A stretch of 64,000 bases of DNA, from contig OZ024741.1 of the NCBI GenBank assembly GCA_964016885.1, forward strand, positions 229,834,001 to 229,898,000. Direction: 5' to 3'. The notes under the pieces were generated by a model. It did not search any database. It was not told the DNA's origin and saw only the letters and a program-made list of their open reading frames with translations. Positions within the stretch are counted from its first letter, which is position 1; every line of letters starts with the position of its first letter. A program made the translations under genes and the position numbers. Below are positions 38,440 to 50,100 of the stretch, piece after piece. Source of the DNA: Eledone cirrhosa (Eukaryota).

Positions 38440-40150
38440 ATAAATTTTTCCATTCCGTCCTCTTTTCACTCTCTAACTTTTTCTTTCATTTCTGCATGTA
38501 AAATGCCATCCAGTTTTAAAATCCCCAAATACTTATATCCATTATCTTCTTGTTCCCCTATGGTTTCTCTCAATGGCAGTCTTGATCCACTACAGGCTGC
38601 TCTTTTCATATTGAGCACAGAGCATTTAGAGATCCCAAATTCCATACCAATGCTACTGCTATATATCTGGACTGCTTTAACCAAATAATTTATCTTGTTT
38701 TCAGATATTCCCAAATAATTTCATGTCATCCATTAACAGAATATGGTTTATGAATTGTCCTTTCTTTCCATAATGGTAATCCGTTTTAACTTTCCTTAGT
38801 GTCAGTGTTATAGGTGTAAGGGCAATGACAAATAGTAATGGTGAAAATGTGTCACCTTGGAAGATACTCTTTTTAATTTCTACTTCTCCAAGGAATACAT
38901 TGCTCGAGTATAACATGGTATTCCACTCTACCATATTTCTCTCTTTTCTAGGGCGGGTAAAATTCCCGAGATCCATGGACGAGTTCTCTCCAGCGGTCTC
39001 TGTCCCTCATTATTGTCTCCAACAGACCAGTGTCTGTCCTTAGGGCATCAACATACGTTAACCTTGGTCTTCCTCTTCCAGTGTGTCCATGTAGGGGCTC
39101 CGAACATTAATCAGTATACATTGAGGATGAAAAACTCAGAGCGGTATGGGAGCCTCCCAAAAGTCAGCTCAAAATGACACTGAGGTTAGCTGGACATGCT
39201 CACCGACATCCAGAGTTGACTCTACCATATTATTCAGAAAAAAATTTGTGATGTCAGCAATACTAAACATTTGCAGGCATTCAACAATCCAAGAATGAAG
39301 AATCATATCATATGCTTTTCTAAAGTCAATCCAGGCCAAGGGATGATGTTTTTTACAATGCCTCTAAACTGTTTTATCGATCACCAGATGATCTTTGATA
39401 CTCTGCAATCTTTTCCTACATCCTTTCCGTCCCCTTGGTAATCTTCTTTCTGCAAATATTCCAGTAAGAATCTTCCATATTATTATGTTCAGTCATGCTA
39501 TAGAGCAGTAGTTTCCCACAGCAATCCCCTTACTTCTATCTTTTATCATAAGTGTTGTTCTTTCTATTACCATCCAAGAGGCAACTGCACCTTCTGGATA
39601 CATTCATTCAATTGATTTACCGGCTGTTCATAAACTGCATTGCATCCCTTCAACCAAAAGCCATGGATCCCATCTGTACTGGGAGCATTCCAGTTTGGTA
39701 CCTTAACCACTTGATCCTTCACATCAACTGTGCTTATAGTAATGCCTCTCTGTCTATTTCCTCCTCATAACTAAGTGTATATGGTTTCTATCCACTCAGC
39801 ATCTCTTCTTTGCATCACGGTATTTCCCCATAACCCATTCCAGAACTCCTTGACCTGGTTAGCATTAGAAACAGCATCATTCCCATTGTCTCCTTTCAAA
39901 GTGCAGAAGAATTTTAGATTATTTTAGAACAATCTATTCTCCTCAAACTTATTTCTGTTCACATATTTTCTTATCTTCTGGCTTTTCAACAAAATCCTGT
40001 TTTAATTGTTCCATTATTGGATAAAATTTCTTCTGTATTTTATGCTTCTTGTCTAATGACTCTCAATCGGCCTTTTTTCTGTTTTTTCACTTTCCTCTAA
40101 ACCATTGCTAAATTTTACTTAGATCTTGCCTTAACTGCATTATGTCATTT
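38440..40150 (-). mobile_element. Degenerate R4/Dong-like non-LTR retrotransposon RT region
   Basis: WIDFRKAYDMILHSWI, IFQGDTFSPLLFVIALTP, INHILLMDDMKLF, IGMEFGISKC, YKYLGIL; many stops and frameshifts; interrupted by another LINE fragment at ~38950-39220. Confidence 0.8.
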
Positions 40151-40943
40151 TCAAAGCAGCAATAATGTTTCCTGTTCCTATGAAGTTGCTAGGGCTGCTA
40201 TCAAAGTGGTGGGATGATACTATTTATGGTAGAGTTAATTTGTTCTTTCTCTTCGCCATTTTTTGAAAACATGCAGCTTATGAAAAATTATTACTTTGAA
40301 AATTTGAAAAAGTCCTTTGCCCCAATTCATCTGTGAAAGAAATTCTATCTAATCATCTCGGCAATTACCTTATCCAAATGATGGAATATGATGAAACATG
40401 TTTTGTTTAGTGATGTCAAGGAAGCTCAGAGTGAAAGAGAGGAAGGAGAAATTTTCGACGTCATGTTATTTTTTTCTTTGAATTTATCACAAATGTTTTT
40501 GTAATTTCTACCCCTAAAGACAAAAATGAATAAGGTGAACTGGCCTCCTATAAGGGGGTGGTTTCCTTAAGTCACAAAAAAAAATAAAATTGAGTCTTTT
40601 TAGAACCCCAAAACAGGTTTAAAATCTGTAAATGGTAATCTACCTTCAGAGCAAGATTTAAGGACCCAAGCAACATGCATGTTGTTATTATTATTGTGGA
40701 CGTAAATGTGGTGATGGCGGCAGTATCGGTAGTGGGTCAGACGCCATGCTTTGTAGCATAGAATTATGGCCCTTTATGATCTGAGTTCAAATCCTGCTGA
40801 GGTTAACTTTGCCTTTCATCCTTATGGGGTTGATAAAATAAAGTACCAGTCATGCACTGGTGTCAATTTAATCGACTTTCCCCTCCCCCCAAATTGCTGG
40901 CCTTGTGCCTATATAAGAAACCATTATTACCAATACAGTTTAC

Positions 40944-41035
40944 CTCAGTTTCATTTGGACAAAAGTAATCAGCCAACTTGTAGAAGTCTGGGTCCAGTTG
41001 AGGATGGGCAGGAGCAGGATTAAGTATTGTTTTCA
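40944..41035 (-). CDS. RBKS: Ribokinase, exon 6
   Basis: (V)KTILNPAPAHPQLDPDFYKLADYFCPNETE (NPAPA and NxxE motifs); 92 nt, AG/GT boundaries. Confidence 0.95.
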
Positions 41036-41069
41036 CTGAAATATTGGTTAAAAAGGTTCTTAGTTAATA

Positions 41070-41412
41070 AATGATGATGGTGGTGGTGGTGGCAATGATC
41101 TTCATGTAGATGATGTTCATGGTGATAGTGGTGGTGGTGGTGGTGGTGGTGGCAATCGTTTTCATGTGGATGATGTGTGTGGTGGTGGCAATGGTTTTCA
41201 TGTGAATGATGTTCATGGTGATGGTGGTGGTGGTGGTGGTGGTGGTGATGGCAATGGTTTTCATGTAGATGATGTTCATGGTAATAGTGGTGGTAGTGGT
41301 GGTTGTGGCGGCAGTGGCAGTTGTTGTGGTGGTGGTGGTGGCAATGGTTTTCGTGTGAATGATGTTCATGGTGATGGTGTTTGTGGTGGTGGTGAAAACC
41401 ACAACAACAACA
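41070..41412. repeat. Compound (GGT/GAT)n repeat filling RBKS intron 5
   Basis: Recurrent ggcaatggttttcatgtagatgatgttcatggtga units separated by (GGT)n. Confidence 0.9.
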
Positions 41413-41430
41413 GCAATGTAAGTAACTCAC

Positions 41431-41595
41431 CTCCATGTGCTTTAGCCAGTCTGAGGGCCGTCAAGGCTGTTGATGTTGGGATCTCTAGCTGGGCAAGAAG
41501 GATCTTACTGGTGCTGATAACACTGACGCTTGCCTCCACATCTTCCTCAGTTAACTTCATGTTAGCCCCAGGGATAATGACAATATTGTTCTGAC
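41431..41595 (-). CDS. RBKS: Ribokinase, exon 5
   Basis: (G)QNNIVIIPGANMKLTEEDVEASVSVISTSKILLAQLEIPTSTALTALRLAKAHG; 165 nt, phase 1/1. Confidence 0.95.
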
Positions 41596-42081
41596 CTGAT
41601 CAGCAAAGAGCAATAACAACTATAACAAAATTTGAAGGTGCGCTATTAAAAAGTAGGGAGGCAGTGCTTTCCAGTTCTCCTTTCTTCTTGGTGATGGGCC
41701 CACTAACGGGGACTATTGGTTGAGAGAGCCTGTATGCAATCACTCACCCTGCAAGATATAGCAACCAAATATCCCTCAAATCGTACCCTACCATCTTAAA
41801 TGAGGAAATGACACATTAGATAACATACTTGTAGACATACTCCAAGAAATACAAACTACAGTTGTCAATCAGAACCCAAAATATTGCAGGCCAGTATGAT
41901 GGTAGAGGGAGCACATTTTGAACACTTGATTTGAATAAAACAAACAGGCTCAAAATATTATGATTATGGAAAACCTAGGTGCTACATGGAATTTTACAAG
42001 CTAAGGAGAGAGAGACACTATCTAGTCACAAAACTTGCTAGAAAAATATCAGCTAAATCTCACTCAAGTCCCTCTCTAATA

Positions 42082-42272
42082 TCTTAAGCATTTAAACCAG
42101 CCATATCTGGTCAGAATTCTCTCACTTCTTTCTGTTCAAACCAGCCATAACTGACCACTCATATTGATGTTAAGGTATTGTTCTCAAAATAAATAATATC
42201 AAAATCTCATAGATTCGATATTTTGTGAAAATATAATAGTAAATATAGAGTAATGTAAATGCTAAAGGGTTA
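42082..42272 (-). mobile_element. piggyBac-type MITE
   Basis: Ends TAAATGCTAAAGGG-TTAA; reverse complement of the 42725-42933 copy. Confidence 0.65.
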
Positions 42273-42724
42273 AAAAAGGAAAGTCAGATTAGATAGTGAA
42301 GCCCTAGATAACATTGTGTCAGAATAAAAGATGAGATGGTGACAAGTGAAACTGTTTTGATCATAAGTTTGCCAGATGAAAGTTGAACCAGATTTAAAAT
42401 GACAACAACAATATCACAGTTAATTTATGTTACATTTCAATTAACAATTTTAAAATTCATATATTTGTACATGTGTATTAGTTACCAGTTATGTGTATTA
42501 GATACTTGGTAACGGGAAGTTAGAGTCTTATCTTTATCATTGGCTATGAACAAAAATATATCCTTAAGATACAGTTATTAACCTGTTTACCAAATATTTT
42601 ACCACTAAGACACATCTAAATCATTTTCTTAATTAACTAATTTTTACCTTTGTCAATCACTATGATTGGAGCTATATGACAAACATACAACCTGCCTGTA
42701 ACTGAAACCATACCACTATGACAT

Positions 42725-42933
42725 TAACTCTTTAGTATTCATATTACTCTATATTTACATAATTTACCTCACATAATTATCTCACATAATACCGAACCTA
42801 TGAGACGTTGATGTTACTTATTTTGAGAACAATACCTTAACATTAGTATGAGCAGCCAGTTACGGCTGGTTTGAGCAGAAAGAGGTGAGAGAATTCTAGT
42901 CAAATGCAGCCAGTTTAAATGCTAAAAGGTTAA
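42725..42933 (+). mobile_element. piggyBac-type MITE
   Basis: TTAA-CTCTTTAGTATT...AAATGCTAAAAGG-TTAA: short TIRs with TTAA target sites. Confidence 0.7.
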
Positions 42934-43569
42934 GTCAATCATTAACTGTAATCAAAACTATGACCCTATGATATATTCTTACCATCATGATTGACTGTGA
43001 TCAAAGTTTTAGTGAGTTGGTCCCAGGGTTACTTACTCCAGTAAGTACCACCGGATCCCAACTACGAAATTTAATAGAAAGAAGATATAGGAGAATTTTC
43101 ATACAATTTCTTTTTGTGAGAATTATCTCTCTCTACATTTGAAGTAATAACTGAGGCATGAAGAGTTTCTCAAAACGAGTATCAAAATAACTTGCATTTA
43201 TTGTAGTCCGTGTATTACAAATGTACCTTGTGGCATGACAAGGTATAATCCTGAATTATAAGATATGGTTGGAAAAAGGTTAGCATGCTTGCGCTCGATG
43301 TGATCAATTCAAGGGTTAACCGGCAAAAAGAGGAAGATGAATTTTAGCTCAATCTTTTATAATCCCTTGAACGAAAGTTTAAAGAATGTTCTAGAATTTC
43401 AACGGGAAGTAACTCTAGCTACTTCCCTTGTCTAGAGACCGCTACAAAGTTATTTCACTGTGACACATCTTAAACTTCATTTACTAGGATCAGTGCTATG
43501 CTATTCAACCATATCCTAAACTATATTTAGTATGATGATCAAAACTATGTTACTAAGACACAACCTTAC

Positions 43570-43632
43570 CTTTATCATTGACGGTGATTGAAGCTATACC
43601 AGTGTTTGATTGGTCAGTCACTTTGACATGAT
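43570..43632 (-). CDS. RBKS: Ribokinase, exon 4
   Basis: (D)HVKVTDQSNTGIASITVNDK(G); 63 nt, phase 1/1, cattacag and G|GTAAGG boundaries. Confidence 0.9.
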
Positions 43633-43734
43633 CTGTAATGAGAAACATATTATCATTGTAACACTACACATATATAGATATACTATATTTACGCACTCAC
43701 ATACACACAGACACGCACATACTATATTTATATG

Positions 43735-44375
43735 TGTGGACTGGGTGCTTTTTGCGTGACACCTACACAACCACTTTACAGTGTGGACTGGGTTCCTTTT
43801 GTCATGACACCTATACGACCACTTTACAGTGTGAATTGAGTGTTTTTTATCGTGTCACCATCATGACCACTTTATAGTGTTTCAGCCTGTCCTCATAAAA
43901 GATGTATGGGAGGGTAGGATGAGATGTTGCATACTGTATATATGCTTCAGCTTCGGCCTGTGCCCATAGGAAGTCATCCCAAGTCTTCTTGGGTCTCCCC
44001 ACTCTAAGGCTTCCATTAACTTTGAGTGCTCTGCACCTTTTTATGCTGCTGTCATCCTTCATACGCATCACATGTCCACACCAACGTAATCTCCTCTCTT
44101 GCACACAGCATTTGCTTCCTCTTATGCCTAGTTTCTTTCTCAGTTCATTTATGCTTTGCCGTTCACATATATTACTATTACACATCCATCGGAGCATGCA
44201 AGCTTCATTTCTTTCCAATATACACAAGTCTTCTGCACACAGCACCCAGGTGTCACTACCATGCAACATTGCTGTTCATATGCACGCATCATACAGTCTG
44301 CCTTTCATTTTCAGGGAAAAGCCAGCAGTTGTAGTAGCTCCCTAAACTTCTTCCATTCCGTTCTTACGCTGGCTA
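43735..44375 (-). mobile_element. RTE LINE 3' fragment related to subfamilies A/B
   Basis: MLHGSDTW..ERNEACMLRWMC..RRLRWCGHVMRM..GRPKKTW plus 3'-UTR subrepeats. Confidence 0.88.
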
Positions 44376-44614
44376 CTATATATATATAATAAATTGAGAG
44401 TGAATAATATTTATATATCAGGATGAATTCAGTAAGAAACTGTTTAAACCATTACTCACCAGAGTACTCGACTCTAGGGGTAGTAGAGTATGGTTATATG
44501 AATGAGTCAAGACCACGATGGCTGAGCTCTTGCTGTTTCAACAGCTAGTTTCAGAGTCTGGAACTAGCTGTTGAAACGGCAAGAGCTCAGCCATCGGGGT
44601 CCTGACTAATTTAC

Positions 44615-44650
<36 letters not shown>

Positions 44651-45357
44651 GTGTGTATATATATATTAAAAAAAAAAAAATATATATATATATATATCAC
44701 TCTGTAGTTTATTGGAATACTCAACAAAGTCTAATATGGTGCTATTCTTCCAAAAAAACAAAAACATTTCACCATATTTCGTTGGGATATTCATATCCAT
44801 GCTACATGGAGTTTTAACAGTATTATTGGTACTACGGTTGACAGGTAAATGCCCGTATATATATATATGTGTGTGTTAGCAATAGCACTAACATAACATG
44901 GTCCATAATGGAGGTGTGTATTTAAATTATGTTTACATATGATATAAATGATCAAAGATTAAAATATTCAGAGCGAGACTCTTGTATGTTTATTATACAG
45001 AAACATATCATATATACCATCATATACACCTCTATTATATATATATATATTTAAAAGAAAAAGATCCCATAACTCCTTGTGGACTCTTTATTGACAAGGA
45101 TGAAAGGCAAAGTTGGTCACAGCAGGATTTGATCTCAATGAGCTGAGACGAATACTGTAAAGCATTCTAGCTGACATTTTAATGACTCTGCCAATTCGCC
45201 TTATATATATATATAACAGACATTAAATGGTGATAACGTCTATTTTCCAAATATATATATATATATATATAAATGTAAGTATGTATACGTACATACATAT
45301 ATGTATACAGACGTACAGTAGTATGTATATATATACATACATGCACACATATACATG

Positions 45358-46371
45358 ATGATGGCTGCCCCCTCGTTATCGAGTATGGCCATTGCATGAT
45401 ATACCATTATTAATAATTATTAATTAATTCTATCGTGCAATGCCTGTGCATGAAGATATTTTTTAAAGTGAGGTAAGACTGTGCACTGAGCCTATCCCAC
45501 TCTCTGAGCGACAGTAGCTATAACCCAAAAAGATTAACTACTGAGTCGCAGTTTCCTGAGTTGCCTTCTCCTAGAAGAATGCCCTGACAAAGGCTAGGAG
45601 TCCTTCACTCCCAGTGGTTTAACCGTGCGGTACATGTGTATATACATATTTACACACTTTTCGATGGCCGTTGACTCTTATGAGTTCTTCCACCCTTTGT
45701 CAGGTTTTGTTTTTTGTCCTGCAGGCTGTCCAAAATTACAACATGCATACATACATACATGCATACATGGTGGCTGCCAACTTGTTTTCGAGTACGGCCA
45801 CTACTTTATATCCATGTAGGAGAACCCCTAGCGATGCGCTGAACGAGTGTGACTTTTTAGTCCAGCCAGCGACTTGAAAACTCTGGTACAAACACTACAC
45901 TTGTGACAATTATTGACACATAGTGCTGGGCCCATGGTACCATGTGACGACAAGTGCAGAGATCTCCAGATATAAAGCAATGCCTGTGCCGTGAAGCTTT
46001 TACAGTGAGCAAAGGCACTGCACAAAGCCAGTCCCACTCTCTTAACCAAGATGATATTTACCAAAAAGAAGAACAAGTCAACATCATTGGATACCATCAG
46101 GGTTGCAGGTGTTATATCAGAGTTTTCCTTCTCCAAGAATTCTGCCTTAACAAAGGCTAAGGGGTCATCTCTCCCGGTGATTTTGGATGGCCATTGACTC
46201 TTAACAGCTCCTTTGCCCTTTGACAGGTTTTGTTTTTAGTCCTGCAGGATGTCCTAAGTCACCCTCCTCACCAAGAAACCTTGGTGGGGTTGCCAGTTTA
46301 GTTGCCAACGACTCGACCATGCGACAGGTAGTACTGGGATACATTTTACCAGCAGCACCAACTGGTGACCT

Positions 46372-46440
<69 letters not shown>

Positions 46441-46733
46441 TGGGAGTTACCAGTTTGGACTAGTAAAACTGTGTTTAGCTAAATACTTGATACTTGCTCG
46501 ACGGTTGAGCTCACACCGTCTTGACCGCAATTATATATATATATATGGCTATTGACTCTTAAGAGCCCCTTTGCCTTTTGACAGGTTTTGTTTTTAGTCC
46601 TGCAGGATGTCCAAAGCCACTCTACTCACCAAGAAACCTTGGTGGGGTTGCCAGTTTAGTCGCCAACGACCCGACCAGGAGACAGGTTGTACTGGGATAC
46701 ATGTTACCAGTAGCACCAACTGGTGACCTGACA
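45358..46733 (-). mobile_element. Cluster of internally deleted (5' end + 3' end) derivatives of a C2H2-finger RTE family
   Basis: 3' tails (..CTCGATAACGAGGGGGCAGCCATCA) at 45358-45397 and ~45765-45800; C2H2 finger HKCSVCTRVFKSLAGLKSHTRSAH at ~45835-45905; shared putative 5' module at ~45660-45730, 46185-46375 and 46548-46733 (also 63092-63210 on +). Confidence 0.65.
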
Positions 46734-46920
46734 CATATACACATATTTACATACATACATATACACATATATATATATATACACATATACACATATCTAC
46801 ATACATACATATACACATATATATATATACACATACCTACATACATATACACATATACACATACATATATGTATACATACATACATACATATACATACAT
46901 ACATATATATATACATACAT

Positions 46921-46953
<33 letters not shown>

Positions 46954-46958
46954 CATAC

Positions 46959-46991
<33 letters not shown>

Positions 46992-47011
46992 CATATATAT
47001 ACATACATATA

Positions 47012-47051
<40 letters not shown>

Positions 47052-47052
47052 C

Positions 47053-47088
<36 letters not shown>

Positions 47089-47164
47089 ATACATACACAC
47101 ATACATACATACATACATACATACACACACATACATATATACATATACATACATATATACACAC

Positions 47165-50100
47165 ACGATAAATAGCGATAAATTTTCGAGGGTTTCTCTT
47201 AGTAGTTTTTTCATGACGTTATTATTGTTAATTTTACTGATGTAGTATTAACTTATTAACTTGGATATTTACCATGCGGTATTCTAATCCTATTGTATCT
47301 CTCTCAGTTATTTACCATGCGACCCTCAGTTCCTACCCCCCCCCCTCTCTATGCACTTCTTTAAGGCTTACTACCCTGTCTTTAACCTAATTCATTCAAT
47401 CTGAAAATATTGAAGAGATAAGACACTTTCCCATTCTTCTCTGCTAAAATGTATCACTAGAGCTGATTCCAATTTTTCCAGCCATCCATCTAATCTACGA
47501 AGGTATTTTAGCCTACATATTGTCGTTAATATTATGATGTTCCCTGCTGTATTAGCGTTAAATTTTCCCTGCTGTATTAGCGATAAATTTTCGAGGGTTT
47601 CTCTTAGTAGTTTTTTCATGATGTTATTATTGTTAATTTTACTGATGTAGTATTAACTTGGATATTTACCATGCGACCCTCAGTTCCTACCTCACAATTT
47701 CCCCCCCCCCCCACCCCCACACACCACCATAGTCTATTCGACCAATCAAACCTAGCATGCCATTTCCACTGCTGCTGCTACTACCTGCCTAACTAACTCT
47801 CTCCTCCTCTGGCGCATCCCAACACACCCTGCCATTACCCCACCACCACTGTTCTTCTAGCCCTCAATTTTCCCACCGTTATGGATGGATGAGCTGGGAA
47901 TACACGAGCAACTCTGAATCAATAGATGAAATATGAATCTGCGAGCTACCAAGCACCCACGTGAAGCGCCAACCCAGAGACCCTCCCCTACGAGTGTCGA
48001 CAAATGCCCAAAACTCCGAGTTGGTACCATCAATGTAGGCTCAATGAAAGGAAGAGCAGGAGAAATCGTAGAAATGCTAGAGCGAAAGGAAGTTGATGTA
48101 TGCTGTGTGCAAGAGACTAGATGGAGAGGAGGGTCTGCTAGAGTCCTTGTAGGAAAAAGCCAGTGCTACAAATTTTTCTGGGTGGGAAATGACGATGGGA
48201 TGGGTGGTGTAGGTATACTATTAGCTGACAAGTGGGTAGATAAAGTAATCTCAGTGTACAGGGTAAATGCAAGAATCATTAAACTCAGACTAGTCCTGAA
48301 TAAGACAATTACCACAATAATATCAGCTTACGCACCCCAATCGGGGCTGCCAGACGAACTTAAGGATAGGTTTTACGAGTCCCTAATACACACTACTGCT
48401 CTAACAGACGACAAGGACTTCCTAATCATTGCAGGAGATTTTAACGGACACGTAGGTAAACACTGCGACGGCTTCAATAGAGTACATGGAGGCCATGGAG
48501 TTGGCACAAGGAATGAGGAAGGATTCAGACTTCTAGAATTCTGCGACGCCAATGACATGTCGATATGTAACACAAACTTTAAAAAACCCGACAACCACCT
48601 GATCACCTATAGATCAGGGGAGCACTCTAGTCAGTTAGATTTTATCCTCATCAGAGGACGTGACAGATGGACGGTCGTAAACACAAAAGCCTTCCCTAGT
48701 GAGGAATGTACATCCCAACATAGCTTAGTTGTCAGCGACCTCACGGTCAGAACTAGACGAGCCCTGAAACAGAGGCCAACCTGGAGAAGAAAGATCTGGA
48801 AGCTGAAAGTCCCCTCAACCAGTAACAGATTTAAAGATATTTTACTCAACGCCTACGACAGTAAAGAAGAACAGATAGAGACATTTAACGTAGAAGAGAA
48901 CTGGGAGTTCCTAAAAAATAACTTACTAGAGGCGACGGATGAGGTTTGTGGCTGGAGTAAGACCTCAAGCAGGAGGAGAGTGACTTGGTGGTGGAACAAT
49001 AAGGTAGATGAAGCAGTCAAGGCCAAGAGACAGGCATGGAAAGAATGGAAGAACGGGGGAGCAGGGTACATTACATAGAGACCAAGAGGGAAGCTAGGCG
49101 ACAAGTATACTTAGCTAGGAGGGAAGCAGAGGATAGAAAATTCAAGCATGTTTTACAACGTGAGGACCAGAAACAGGAGGTATTCAAGATTGCGAGGCAG
49201 TGTGTCAGAGATAGTTGTGATGTCATTGGAGAGAAGTGTATCCGGAATGATAAAGGTGAGCTTGCCCTCACAAGTGCTGAGAAGAAAGATGCATGGAAGA
49301 GTCATTATGATAGATTACTAAATGAGGAGAATGCATGGGAAGAAGAGACCCTACCCCACGTAGACCCTATAGAGGGACCAGCAGTACAAGTCAGCGGCAG
49401 CGTAGTAAGTAAGGCAATCAGAGATATGAAGATAGGGAAGGCAACCGGTCCATCGGGTATAGCTGCCGAGATGCTGAAGGCATCTGGGTCTGTAGGTCAC
49501 ACTATAACCACACGTATCGTTAACCAGGTAATACTAGAGGGGGCCATACCAAAAGATTGGTGCAGTAGCATCATTGTCAACTGCTACAAAGGTAAAGGCG
49601 ATGCACTAGATAGAGGAAACTATAGAGGTATAAAGTTGATGGACCAGGTCATGAAAGTAACAGAAAGAGTTATAGCACAGCTGATTAGGGACCGGGTGAA
49701 TATAGACGAGATGCAATTTGGGTTTGTACCAGGGAAAGGCACCACTGATGCCCTCTTCCTTGTGAGGCAATTACAGGAAAAGTACCTAGCTAAAAGTAAG
49801 CCACTCTACTTGGCATTTGTCGACCTTGAGAAAGCCTTTGACAGAGTTCCACGTGCAGTAATCTGGTGGGCTCTTAGAAAACTAGGAGTAGATGAATGGC
49901 TTGTGAAAGCGGTACAAGCCATGTATAGGGGAGCAGTCAGCAAAGTTAGGATTGGCAATGAGTATAGCGAGGAATTTAGCGTACAGGTTGGGGTCCACCA
50001 GGGCTCTGTTCTTAGCCCTCTCCTGTTCATCATAGTCCTGCAGGCAATAACGGAGGAGTTTAAGACCGGATGCCCATGGGAACTCCTGTATGCTGATGAC

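Noticed and set aside
41020-41436. His-rich 138-aa ORF, and Thr-rich/Gly-rich ORFs in other frames
   Set aside because: Lies within RBKS intron 5 between clean GT/AG sites; it is a trinucleotide-repeat artefact.
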